64,000 bases of DNA from Candidatus Thalassarchaeaceae archaeon (lineage in GTDB: Archaea > Thermoplasmatota > Poseidoniia > Poseidoniales > Thalassarchaeaceae), in NCBI GenBank assembly GCA_943841885.1, contig CALSZZ010000005.1, forward strand, positions 63,766 to 127,765, read 5' to 3'. Made by a program: the position numbers and the translations under genes. The notes below the pieces were generated by a model. The model was not told the origin of the DNA, ran no database searches, and was given only the letters and a program-made list of their open reading frames with translations. How positions within the stretch are numbered: position 1 is the stretch's first letter; each line of letters begins with the position of its first letter. Of the stretch, positions 30,169-39,878 are shown piece by piece.

Positions 30169-30792
30169 ATGAAAAATTTAGCTCCAGAATATTGGGAAGA
30201 AGGAAAGAAGAATCTAATGGAAGTTGATTTTAAAATAAAAGAAATTATTGATAAATATGAATATCCATCCCTAACAACTAGGGACGATATGTTTTTCACC
30301 CTAATTCGTTCAATAGTAGGCCAACAAATATCTGTAAAGGCTGCAGACACAGTATGGGAAAAATTAGTAAATAAGGCTCAAGAAATAAGGCCTGAAATTA
30401 TCTTTGGAATGGATAAAATAGAAATGCGTAATTGTGGCTTATCAGAAAGGAAAGTTGAATATATGAAATCTGCCTCAGAAAAATGGATTAATGGCTACGA
30501 TGAAATAGATTGGAATAATCTATCTAATGAAATGGTCATTAATAAGTTGATTGAAATTAGAGGAATCGGCATATGGACAGCAGAAATGATTCTTATATTT
30601 ACATTGATGCGACCAGATGTTTTTCCAATGGGCGATATTGGTGCAATAAGAGCGTTAGAAAAAATTTACAATAAAGGAGAAAGAATGACTAAGAAAGAAA
30701 TAGAAGAAGTGGCCATAACATGGAAACCATGGAGGACTATTGCTACTTGGTACCTATGGAGAAGCATAGATCCTGAGCCAGTTCAATATTAA
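30169..30792 (+). CDS. HhH-GPD family DNA glycosylase (AlkA/3-methyladenine glycosylase II-like)
   Basis: Helix-hairpin-helix LIEIRGIGIWTAEMILIF followed by FPMGDIGAIRA (catalytic Asp region). Starts 4 nt after the rtcB stop. Confidence 0.7.
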   Translation: MKNLAPEYWEEGKKNLMEVDFKIKEIIDKYEYPSLTTRDDMFFTLIRSIVGQQISVKAADTVWEKLVNKAQEIRPEIIFGMDKIEMRNCGLSERKVEYMKSASEKWINGYDEIDWNNLSNEMVINKLIEIRGIGIWTAEMILIFTLMRPDVFPMGDIGAIRALEKIYNKGERMTKKEIEEVAITWKPWRTIATWYLWRSIDPEPVQY

Positions 30793-30966
30793 TTACATGC
30801 AATATCCACGCCTAGGATGATCAGTAAGAGAAGGGGCAGCTCCACTTTGAACGCCATCTGCTTCTTCCATAATTATCGTCAAAAGAGTATTAACAAGAGA
30901 TTTTAAATCCTCTAATTCATTTCTTAAATCATCAACTTCTTTAACGTCGTTCTCTCTTATCTGCAT
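30793..30966 (-). CDS. 57-aa coiled-coil-like small protein (hypothetical; below the ORF-track cutoff)
   Basis: Manual translation of the minus strand gives MQIRENDVKEVDDLRNELEDLKSLVNTLLTIIMEEADGVQSGAAPSLTDHPRRGYCM, 58 codons including the stop. It is the only ORF in a 300-nt gap, and a TATA-like CTTTATAATTTATAG lies about 60 nt upstream. Confidence 0.3.
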   Translation of the reverse strand: MQIRENDVKEVDDLRNELEDLKSLVNTLLTIIMEEADGVQSGAAPSLTDHPRRGYCM

Positions 30967-31092
30967 CCAAATCCCATCTAGAAAGATAATTCTTTCTGTA
31001 TTATGTCAACATCTATTAGTCTATAAATTATAAAGGTTAAATGTAGTCCCAGAGGCAGATAATAGAGGTTAAGATAAAATTCGGAATTCTAA

Positions 31093-34000
31093 TTAATCTT
31101 CATCATCGTAGTAATCATCATCATCATAGTAATCTTCTCCCCTTCCTCTCATTACAAATACTAACACTCCTATGGCTGAGAATATTATTATTCCTGAACC
31201 AATGAGCCATATTGTTGAGCCCCCAGAATCAACTGCAACAGGTTCATCGACATTTATTCCTATAATTTCTTCTTGTAATCCGTTGACATTATCAAAGTCC
31301 CCATCAACAATTATAACCAAATAGGGAGATCCTACTTGCCATGTATCGTATTCAAATGAAGCTAGAACACTGGAACTACCAGATTCCAAAATAACTTCTT
31401 GGTCTCCGAATTTTTGTGTAGTTAGAGAAGGTTTCCAACTTCCATCAGGTAGTTTCTCCCATAATCCTAATGAAAAAGTACCATCAAGTGTACCAGGATT
31501 TTCCCAGTATGTAACTATAGTTAATCTATCTCCTATGGCAGGATACTTTGTTGGAGTTGTTATTTCTCTGGTATATTGACCTAAAAATTCAATTATTCTA
31601 AGATTTGGAATTCTTGGAGTTTCTTCACTACCTAATCCTATAAGCGGGTTTCCAGCCTTATCTTTTGAATCAATCCAAACGGCTATTTGATCTGTAGGTA
31701 TGAAAGTTAACTCTAGCATAGGAGTGAAGTCTATTCTACCTTGATAAATACTAATTCCTTCAGCAAATGAGATTAAAGGGAGTTCGCCAGAATCCTGAGT
31801 TCCGACAATTGGCCCTCCTGCCCGTAAAAATTCCCAAGAAATCATTAATGGACCATCTTGCATACCAAATTCATCAACTATAGATATAGTAATTAGTACA
31901 TTGTTAAGAGAATCTGATCCCAGTGAGGCGAGTGAAGAATCAGGATAAATATCTTGATTAAAACGTGCAGTAGGAGAATCTCCATCTACAGTTACGGAAG
32001 CTTCTGAGTTATCCATAGAAGAAGATAACCCTGGGAGATTTATGACTTCAGTAGTAATTGGCATTATTGGATTAGAAGGTGTTCTAGAAGGTAATTGTAA
32101 AGACAAATTAAATGAGCCATCCTCTTCTACTGATGATTCTGAAGTAAGTTCTTCGGAACCATAAATTAGTTTTATTTTAGCCCCTAAATCATCATTTATA
32201 GAAAGTAATCTTTCCCCTGAACCTGCATAGTATAAAGTTCCGGAAACTGAGAATTTATCACCTTGTTTTAGATACAATGCATTATCCATAGAGTCCATAA
32301 TTGGAAGAGTTAAATCATATACTCCTTCTGGAATAGCAGAAATTTTATTATCTAATTCCCAAGATAAAGCGCTCAAAACATCAGATTCGGCCACGGTAAT
32401 GAGATTGTCATCAACAGTTACTCTGGGCTTGCATGCGACAGTATCATCATCCCAAGGAAATTCCCAAGATAGTTTAAAGCTCAAGTGAAGTTTAGTAACA
32501 GAATTGGTAATGAATTCCGTTTGATAGTTAATTGGAGTGACCATACTATCTTCTGGGGCCCATAACTCTCCAGAATAAGGGGCGAGTGTAAATAAACCTA
32601 AATTAGTCCCATATCCACATAACATTACAGTGATATTATCCAAGGTATGAACTCCATTAGGATCGTCAATTTGTATGCTAAATGTATGCAACACATCTGG
32701 TAAAAGATAGAATGCTACATTGTCATTGGTCCTTCGATCTAAATTGAAAGCAGCATTTTGACCTTGCCCAATGCCTATACTATCTCCGGCAAACTGTGTT
32801 GGTTCATCTACAGCAATTATTACGCGAGCCCAGGAGTTATTTACACCTGGTCCACCGCCTGTCTCTCCATCGGAATAAGTAAGTCCCGCCCAATCGCTAC
32901 CTTCTACATAGAGTAATATTGGTTCATTATCTAAACTAGAAACGTCAATTGAAGAGAATTGAATCTGTTGTTCTCCGGTCAATCCGGGAGTCAGTGATTG
33001 GGATTGAGAATTATATTCATTTTCGGATGCAATTCCATCGCCATTTATATCATCTACTCCTGTACGCCAGTATTTTAGAGTCACAAAATCTCCTCTAGCT
33101 TCACTCTCACTAACTGTGATATATGGCCTAAAAGGTGTTGTAGGGTCAGAGACCATTCCATCTGCCAATTGTAACCCAATAGGAGTATTAATTTGCAAAG
33201 GTCCTGCTAAGGGAGGATTATTATCTATGATAATATCAATCATAGGTGGCTGACCGGTTACATCATTTGCACCAAATGATCCAGTGGATGGTCCTATAGA
33301 AATAATTATTGGAGATAGAGTAATATCACTTTTTCCCATAGGTGAATTTATTATTCCTGAAAATTCTCCTTCAGAATTAGAATTTAGAGGATATACATCT
33401 CCGGACAAATTTAATCCTACAATAAAGTCACTACTGAGGGGCCTATGATTGGATGAATCTTGGAATCTTATTTTTCCAGATATATTTAATTCACTACCTT
33501 CCAATATGGGGAATGGGTAAAATAAATTATCATAAATATTTGATATTAGACGACCATTTGAATCATATACTTCAAAATAATCAATCTGTAAATCATTTTC
33601 TACCGCCTGAGCGCCAGACCTACCACTAAATTGTTCTGCTGGCCAAATCGTATCGCCATTGGCATCATTGGCTCGAGAAATCCAATGTATTTCATCTACA
33701 TCATCCCAATACCATGATATGTCAAAAATCCAATTAACGGCAACGTCCACTCCCCCATCATTATTATCAACTAATTCCACATAACTTGATGATAGATCCA
33801 AAGGGGATTTATCAGAACCTGAAACTTGAGAAAAGACAACTGAATTAGCCCCTGAACCCCATAACCCATCAATACTATTTTCAACTTTGAAGAGAATTAT
33901 ATTGCCATCTGAAGAAATTCCCTTGAGAGTTATTTCGGATAGTTCAGAATTATCATAAAGATGGTGATGCTGTGTAGTTATTTGTACTGAATCACCGTTC

Positions 34001-37000
34001 GGGTAGAAGGTATTAGGTACGGAAAAATCTCTGTTTTGGATTAAGAAATCATAGATTATATCTCCATCTACAGAAATAGACCCTATGTCTGCGGAAAATG
34101 TCACAGGAATCTCTACTTCTTCAAATTCTGGGTATAAATCCATAATTGACTCATGATACTCAGAAATATCTGTATCTAAGTTAGAAATATTCTCAAATAG
34201 TAAATAATTTATGCCAAGTCTAGAGATGGAAATAGTTTGTTCTGAATTTGAATCTAATGATACAGGTATATCTCGCCATAATCTTCCTGTATCTACATCA
34301 GTATGCGTCCCAGCAATAAGAGAAATTCCAGAAATCTGAGATGAACTGATTGTATTATAAAAAATACTATTTCCAGAAGGGCCGATTTGAGATGAACCAG
34401 CTAAGGTAAGTGTGATGGGAGATTCAAAGCCATCTGAGTCAGGAGAAATTGCAATTACCCCTGAACTTACGGATGCATCTGCAGGAATAAGAATTGAAGT
34501 ATATTGAGGATTAATTCCATCTAATTCAAATGTTTTACTGATTACCTGTTCATCGGAAGAATCAGAGTCAAAGAGAGTAGATTGCCAGCCATAATGGCCG
34601 TAATAATTACCCCGAGGGAAAGACCAGTCCGAAGTACCATCATTTAGAACATCAACGACGGGATTACTTGCAGGTTCTGCAAACACGGCTGTAACTATAA
34701 GCCTATCAATCCATCCATTTGTGGGAAGATTAACAGATAGTCCAAAACCTGCTTGGATATTAGAAAATACTATTCCACCACCCTTTGAAGCAGAGCCTAA
34801 TGATCCTCCATATTTATTCAAAGCGGTTACTGTTATCCCATTAGAAATATTACCCCCTATATTTAGAGATTTTATGGGCCTAGATGAATGAGTAAAATCA
34901 GAAATTAATGTTCCGGATATAAGTGTTGCATTTAGTAATCCATTTACCACTTCTACTCCTGAACTATATGTCCACCCATTATCTCCAGAATCAGCATTCA
35001 AGAATCGCTTGCCTCCAATACTAATTTTACTAATAGAAGGAGTCGCCTCAGAATCAGTAGTAGTTAGATGTAGTCTTAATTTAATTTGAGGATGATTCGC
35101 CGAATCAATTCCTGCAAGAGAGAAAGGCAAAGATACATTTGCATATCCCGGGAGTAATAAATTAGTAGAAGCATCTATCAAAGAAGCTTTAATTGAGGTA
35201 TTTTCTGGTATTATAGCATCCAAATCCACTATTCCAAGATTAAAATCATCATAATCACCTATTGAAAAAGAGGGGCTGACCCAGTCTCCTGGGTTACCAT
35301 AATTGGCTATCTTTACGCCAACATTATCTATAAACCAACCACCATAATTTACATATCCATCAGTTCCCATAGAGAACTTAAATTGAATTGTATCTCCTTG
35401 ATAATTTAATAAACTTGCTTGCATGTTTTTCATACCTCCATTTGCTGAGGATTGAGAGGCAAAGGTATCATAGCCATACAAATTATGGTAGTTATAACTG
35501 ACTTGACTATCATACCAATTACCTGGATCAAAATGCTGCCATGAGCCGTTATTCACCTTAATGAAAACTGCCCCCCCGTCCCAAGTTGGCTCCATGTAAG
35601 CCCAGTGATCAAAAGTCAAAAATGCATTACCATTAGCAGGTATTTGATAAGAAGGTGAGAACAATCTTGCTTCTTGAATATATGATGAGTAACTTCCTGA
35701 GAAGGCCACACCGTAAGCATAAGGAAATGAGGCTACATCAGACGGCCCAGAGTTAGGATTTATTTTATTTAATGTCCATTTACATGTGTCTCCTGAACAA
35801 GATCCAGAACTCATAGAATTAGTCCTTGACCATCCTGGTGCATCTGAAACAGATGGTGCGCTCGCAGTAGAATCTTCAAAGCCCATCCTAACAGATTGTG
35901 CACCCCTCAATAGCACTAGATGCTGCCAATCGTCTGCTGTAGCGCCAATGGAAGTGTGCGTCATTGTAGAAGGTGTTTCCAAATCATCTAAAAATAGCAT
36001 AGAGTTACTAGAATCTACAACTCTAATCTCATCTACAGTAAGTCCTTCCCTTGGGTCTAAAGACCCTCCATAATTATTATAATAGTCCGTATCTACAATA
36101 ATTCTGAGATAAACAGATGATTGATCTAGAAACGAGTTGGGTATAACGAGTTCTATTGTTCTCGTTCTACCACTTTGGTCACCATAAGTTTCACCATTAG
36201 ATGCAGTATAACCTCCACTTGGTATCGCACCATTTCTTGCAGCACAATCGGAAGATGTAGAAGTTGTTCCAGTTGAGGAAATATCATACCAAGTATTTTG
36301 ATTCAGAGAAACTTCGATACAGGCGTTATCAACTGTAGAGCCTTCTAAATCCCATTCTAAATCAATTTCTATTTTAGAAGTAGAATTAGTACCGGATAAA
36401 TCTATAATACGTTGTAAAGAAGCATAGGCATTAGCAGAATAGTAACAAGAATTTGAAGTTTGAGTATAGCAACCATGGTGCCATGCGCCATAACTAATTC
36501 CATCATTATTGAAGAGAATATTATCTATAAACCAACCCGGACGTTCATTTTCCGAGTCTGGATGAGTCCAAATATGGAATCTGAACTGGATATCGGAAGA
36601 GTTTGCATTAACTAGTGAGTTTAGGTCAAAAGTACTTGTAACCCAGCCACTATGAGTAGACGAAGCAAATACTGGGACCGCTCCCGATGGTGCTCCATTG
36701 GGCTTATGTGAATCTGTTGACATGGTACTAGGGTAACCTGAATTTGGAGCAACATATGTCCAACTACTCCAATTTCCTGAATCTTGGACGCGATATTCAA
36801 CCCATGCACCATCGCCATCGCCAGAAGAAGTACTATCTACATGATACCAATGATCAAATGACATGAAATAATTATTATGATCAACAAGTAGGGGGACTGA
36901 AACTGAAGGCAATAAGAAAGAGCTATTTGTTCCCGCGGCAAGTGGAACTCCTGGAGTGGTTCCAATAGCAACAACTCCACTGGGCGCTTCAGAAGGTATT

Positions 37001-38268
37001 ACCCCATAACTCATATTTTGTTGATTTCCATATATGGTTCCGTTTAAACCGGTAAAAGTTGTTGCCTGCCAGGTTTTAATATTATTACAAATATACTCTT
37101 CATTTTGAATTTCATCATTACCTAAATTACGATTACCATTGTAATCCAAGCCACTTTCTACGATATATCCTCCATATTGACAATATGAATTTCCTGCACT
37201 TAATGAACTGATATCCAATTCATATTCAAAGTAAGCACCTAGAATGGCAGATATACTTCCTCCTGTTCCTGAAGAATCACTAATGACTATTGTAGGCGTA
37301 GTGGAATAATTCGAGCCTTCATCAATTATTTCAGTTGAGTGTATTATCCCAGTACTAAACAAATTAACATCTAGATTTACTCCACTGCCACCTGTACTAT
37401 TTATTGAAACAAAAATTGTATCATCGGCAGTATATCCTGCACCAGCATCGTCAACTGTAATACTAGTAATTGAGCCACTACTGTCGACAGAAGAAATTGA
37501 TGCATTTGCATTTTCACCGACGCACTGTGCACACATTATTGTTAAAGAATCACTAGAATCATATCCTGAACCTCCATTATTTATAGATATTGAATCTATA
37601 CCTGTACTAATAATATAAGTTCCAGAAAAGTCTTCTCCGTCACCACCGGTAGCAGAAAGATTACCACTAGAATAACCATCCCCTGAAGAATCAATAGTTA
37701 ATTGCTGAATTGTATCTTCTTTTGAAAAGGTATCACAATAATATGAAGTGGATAGAATTTCTATATCATCAAGATTCGAATTAAAATCATTATCAAAGCC
37801 GTATTCAAGTAATTTACCATCTTGTCCATCGCAATCCGAAATATTGGCCATAGAATTTAAACTATAAACAAGTTTCCAACCTGGAGTATATTTGTATTTT
37901 GAATTCATAATAACATTGATATTTCCTACATCAAAAGTACTTAGATTTGATCTAGAGCCATCATCTTTAATTGTTATATGTTCATTTTCATCTATAAATG
38001 TTCCAAATTTTGTACCAGTATCAAAGTCTGAACCTTCCCAAATTATACCATTGTTTAATGAGGTTGCCATATCGGAATTAGTTACATGCATCCAACCATC
38101 CATGATTGTAGAATTGCCAGGAACTTCAAAACCTCTCACAGTGATTGAAGTACCATTAGTATTGATATTATTAGAGGCATCCCAACTTGCAACTCCGGCA
38201 TTCGCCAAAGGTGCTCCAATCATGAGTAATATCAAAGATATCGCAAGCCTTCTATTGGAGTAATTCAT
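31093..38268 (-). CDS. giant (2391 aa) surface protein, C-terminally membrane-anchored
   Basis: Signal peptide (LAISLILLMIGAPLANA). GxGY-type short repeats near the N-terminus. Two large modules end in GWFIDNILF and GGWFIDNVGV. C-terminal TM (IWLIGSGIIIFSAIGVLVFV) and an acidic Tyr-rich tail RGRGEDYYDDDDYYDDED. Confidence 0.85.
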   Translation of the reverse strand: MNYSNRRLAISLILLMIGAPLANAGVASWDASNNINTNGTSITVRGFEVPGNSTIMDGWMHVTNSDMATSLNNGIIWEGSDFDTGTKFGTFIDENEHITIKDDGSRSNLSTFDVGNINVIMNSKYKYTPGWKLVYSLNSMANISDCDGQDGKLLEYGFDNDFNSNLDDIEILSTSYYCDTFSKEDTIQQLTIDSSGDGYSSGNLSATGGDGEDFSGTYIISTGIDSISINNGGSGYDSSDSLTIMCAQCVGENANASISSVDSSGSITSITVDDAGAGYTADDTIFVSINSTGGSGVNLDVNLFSTGIIHSTEIIDEGSNYSTTPTIVISDSSGTGGSISAILGAYFEYELDISSLSAGNSYCQYGGYIVESGLDYNGNRNLGNDEIQNEEYICNNIKTWQATTFTGLNGTIYGNQQNMSYGVIPSEAPSGVVAIGTTPGVPLAAGTNSSFLLPSVSVPLLVDHNNYFMSFDHWYHVDSTSSGDGDGAWVEYRVQDSGNWSSWTYVAPNSGYPSTMSTDSHKPNGAPSGAVPVFASSTHSGWVTSTFDLNSLVNANSSDIQFRFHIWTHPDSENERPGWFIDNILFNNDGISYGAWHHGCYTQTSNSCYYSANAYASLQRIIDLSGTNSTSKIEIDLEWDLEGSTVDNACIEVSLNQNTWYDISSTGTTSTSSDCAARNGAIPSGGYTASNGETYGDQSGRTRTIELVIPNSFLDQSSVYLRIIVDTDYYNNYGGSLDPREGLTVDEIRVVDSSNSMLFLDDLETPSTMTHTSIGATADDWQHLVLLRGAQSVRMGFEDSTASAPSVSDAPGWSRTNSMSSGSCSGDTCKWTLNKINPNSGPSDVASFPYAYGVAFSGSYSSYIQEARLFSPSYQIPANGNAFLTFDHWAYMEPTWDGGAVFIKVNNGSWQHFDPGNWYDSQVSYNYHNLYGYDTFASQSSANGGMKNMQASLLNYQGDTIQFKFSMGTDGYVNYGGWFIDNVGVKIANYGNPGDWVSPSFSIGDYDDFNLGIVDLDAIIPENTSIKASLIDASTNLLLPGYANVSLPFSLAGIDSANHPQIKLRLHLTTTDSEATPSISKISIGGKRFLNADSGDNGWTYSSGVEVVNGLLNATLISGTLISDFTHSSRPIKSLNIGGNISNGITVTALNKYGGSLGSASKGGGIVFSNIQAGFGLSVNLPTNGWIDRLIVTAVFAEPASNPVVDVLNDGTSDWSFPRGNYYGHYGWQSTLFDSDSSDEQVISKTFELDGINPQYTSILIPADASVSSGVIAISPDSDGFESPITLTLAGSSQIGPSGNSIFYNTISSSQISGISLIAGTHTDVDTGRLWRDIPVSLDSNSEQTISISRLGINYLLFENISNLDTDISEYHESIMDLYPEFEEVEIPVTFSADIGSISVDGDIIYDFLIQNRDFSVPNTFYPNGDSVQITTQHHHLYDNSELSEITLKGISSDGNIILFKVENSIDGLWGSGANSVVFSQVSGSDKSPLDLSSSYVELVDNNDGGVDVAVNWIFDISWYWDDVDEIHWISRANDANGDTIWPAEQFSGRSGAQAVENDLQIDYFEVYDSNGRLISNIYDNLFYPFPILEGSELNISGKIRFQDSSNHRPLSSDFIVGLNLSGDVYPLNSNSEGEFSGIINSPMGKSDITLSPIIISIGPSTGSFGANDVTGQPPMIDIIIDNNPPLAGPLQINTPIGLQLADGMVSDPTTPFRPYITVSESEARGDFVTLKYWRTGVDDINGDGIASENEYNSQSQSLTPGLTGEQQIQFSSIDVSSLDNEPILLYVEGSDWAGLTYSDGETGGGPGVNNSWARVIIAVDEPTQFAGDSIGIGQGQNAAFNLDRRTNDNVAFYLLPDVLHTFSIQIDDPNGVHTLDNITVMLCGYGTNLGLFTLAPYSGELWAPEDSMVTPINYQTEFITNSVTKLHLSFKLSWEFPWDDDTVACKPRVTVDDNLITVAESDVLSALSWELDNKISAIPEGVYDLTLPIMDSMDNALYLKQGDKFSVSGTLYYAGSGERLLSINDDLGAKIKLIYGSEELTSESSVEEDGSFNLSLQLPSRTPSNPIMPITTEVINLPGLSSSMDNSEASVTVDGDSPTARFNQDIYPDSSLASLGSDSLNNVLITISIVDEFGMQDGPLMISWEFLRAGGPIVGTQDSGELPLISFAEGISIYQGRIDFTPMLELTFIPTDQIAVWIDSKDKAGNPLIGLGSEETPRIPNLRIIEFLGQYTREITTPTKYPAIGDRLTIVTYWENPGTLDGTFSLGLWEKLPDGSWKPSLTTQKFGDQEVILESGSSSVLASFEYDTWQVGSPYLVIIVDGDFDNVNGLQEEIIGINVDEPVAVDSGGSTIWLIGSGIIIFSAIGVLVFVMRGRGEDYYDDDDYYDDED

Positions 38269-38378
38269 AGTTCCCTGTATATTAGGTAGATTATCAACTT
38301 AATTACTTCAGGTTTAAAATCTACACAAAAAAAAAATTGGTTTCTATAGAAAAATCAGAAAGAGATATCATGAAAGTA

Positions 38379-38453
38379 TGGAGCCACTGGGGAGAATTGA
38401 ACTCCCGACCTTCCCATTACCAATGGGATGCTATACCCCTAAGCCACAGTGGC
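38379..38453 (-). tRNA. tRNA-Thr (anticodon GGU), CCA encoded
   Basis: Manual fold of the reverse complement: acceptor GCCACTG/CAGTGGC, anticodon stem TCCCA/TGGGA with loop TTGGTAA, T-arm GGGAG-TTCAATT-CTCCC, discriminator T plus CCA. 75 nt. Confidence 0.85.
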
Positions 38454-38549
38454 GCTGTTTAGTCCAAACCAATTTACAATTTAATCACTACGGATATAAA
38501 AATAATACAACAAACTCAAAACTAATGCTTCGTTAGGAAGAACTGCCTG

Positions 38550-38635
38550 CCGAGATCGCATAGCCTGGTATTGCGCATGACTGGAAATCATGTGGGATTT
38601 TCCCTCGGGAGTTCAAATCTCTCTCTCGGCGCCAT
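38550..38635 (+). tRNA. tRNA-Ser (anticodon GGA), class II with long variable arm, CCA encoded
   Basis: Acceptor GCCGAGA/TCTCGGC, anticodon stem CATGA/TCATG with loop CTGGAAA, 14-nt variable arm TGGGATTTTCCCTC, T-arm GGGAG-TTCAAAT-CTCTC, G plus CCA. 86 nt. Confidence 0.85.
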
Positions 38636-38714
38636 AATAACGAGACAAAAGAATTGATTATTTTAATAATCATCAATACGCGGAATTTATTCAGTGTTAC
38701 TACTTCGCCTAGAC

Positions 38715-39878
38715 ATGGAGGAAGAAAATTCACATATTTCCAATGATTTAAAAAATGATGAAAACCTAAGACTTAGTCAAATAAAATTAGATTATAAGTT
38801 TTCAGAAATTAATGAAAAATTAAATTATTTTGATGAAATAAGAAAAGAAATGCTCTTTCAAAAAACTTTAATTAGGAATAAATGGGGTATTAAAGAGTTA
38901 ACAATTATCACATTGGCCATTCTATCATTCATCCTTGGGACATGGGATTTTGGCATTGGAGAATTATCTAGTGGAGGAGACTATAACAGGTATGGAATAT
39001 TTGGAGATGATAGTGGCTTTTTGCAAGTTTCAGATTGGACTCTTATGTTATCATTACTCTCTATTATCTGTTGGCTAGGAATGATATTCTCTCTTTGGTC
39101 AGAATATCCGATAATGAGAGAAAATTTAGCTTATCTATTAATTGGTTCATTCGCCGTTCAATATGGATATATGTCAACACACGCAAGTAATCCTTCATTC
39201 CCTTTTGATTCCAAAATAGCTGATTTTGGGGCAATAATTTTGGGTAATCTAGTACTTTTCTTCTTATCGATTATCGTAGTCCATAGGGCAGTCAGAGAAA
39301 CTAGAGATGTCCATGTACAAGAAAGACATGCTCACCCCGATCCCCGAGTAGTACAAGAGGCCTGGGAAGATCATAGTCTGAAGGCTTGGGACTTAGAAAT
39401 GGGAGGATTAATTATTATGCTTAATATTATGTCATGGTCTGGTTCTCATGCCATAGCAACTAGAATGAATATCGAATCTGAGAGTTTAAATTATCTATTA
39501 ATTCTATTATATATTGGTTCAGGAATAGTTACAATACTTTTACTACTAATAATAATTTGGTTTCCACACTTCATGTTAGGAAGCGCTGAAGAGCGTATCC
39601 AATCAGTAAGAGCTAGAGAAGTAGCAGGAGAATCAGTAATTAAAAAACCAATTGTTCAACAAGGTAGATGTCCAATTTGCAATATAGAAACAACTGCAAA
39701 AAAATACTCGTCAGGTAAAATTGAAATTATGTGCACAACAAACGATTGCGGAGGAAAAGGGAGTATCGGTAGCATGTGCGAAATTTGTGAAGAAATATTG
39801 CCAACAAGATTGAAATGTAGAAGTTGCAATTCGAATACACCTGTAGAAAGTCATTTTAGTGATGAAGAGACATGGTAA
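38715..39878 (+). CDS. polytopic membrane protein with C-terminal double zinc ribbon (hypothetical)
   Basis: Charged coiled N-terminus, about 6 TM segments, then CPICN...MCTTNDCGG...CEICEE...CRSCN. The stop overlaps the start of the downstream subtilase (ATGGTAA). Confidence 0.6.
   Translation: MEEENSHISNDLKNDENLRLSQIKLDYKFSEINEKLNYFDEIRKEMLFQKTLIRNKWGIKELTIITLAILSFILGTWDFGIGELSSGGDYNRYGIFGDDSGFLQVSDWTLMLSLLSIICWLGMIFSLWSEYPIMRENLAYLLIGSFAVQYGYMSTHASNPSFPFDSKIADFGAIILGNLVLFFLSIIVVHRAVRETRDVHVQERHAHPDPRVVQEAWEDHSLKAWDLEMGGLIIMLNIMSWSGSHAIATRMNIESESLNYLLILLYIGSGIVTILLLLIIIWFPHFMLGSAEERIQSVRAREVAGESVIKKPIVQQGRCPICNIETTAKKYSSGKIEIMCTTNDCGGKGSIGSMCEICEEILPTRLKCRSCNSNTPVESHFSDEETW

Noticed and set aside
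38269-38714. tRNA-flanked integration site or mobile element next to tRNA-Thr and tRNA-Ser
   Set aside because: I found no integrase, no direct repeat of a tRNA 3' end, and no obvious compositional break. The flanking genes are ordinary host-type surface proteins.
38533-38733. 66-aa minus-strand ORF
   Set aside because: It overlaps the tRNA-Ser gene (38550-38635) almost completely, so it is an artefact.
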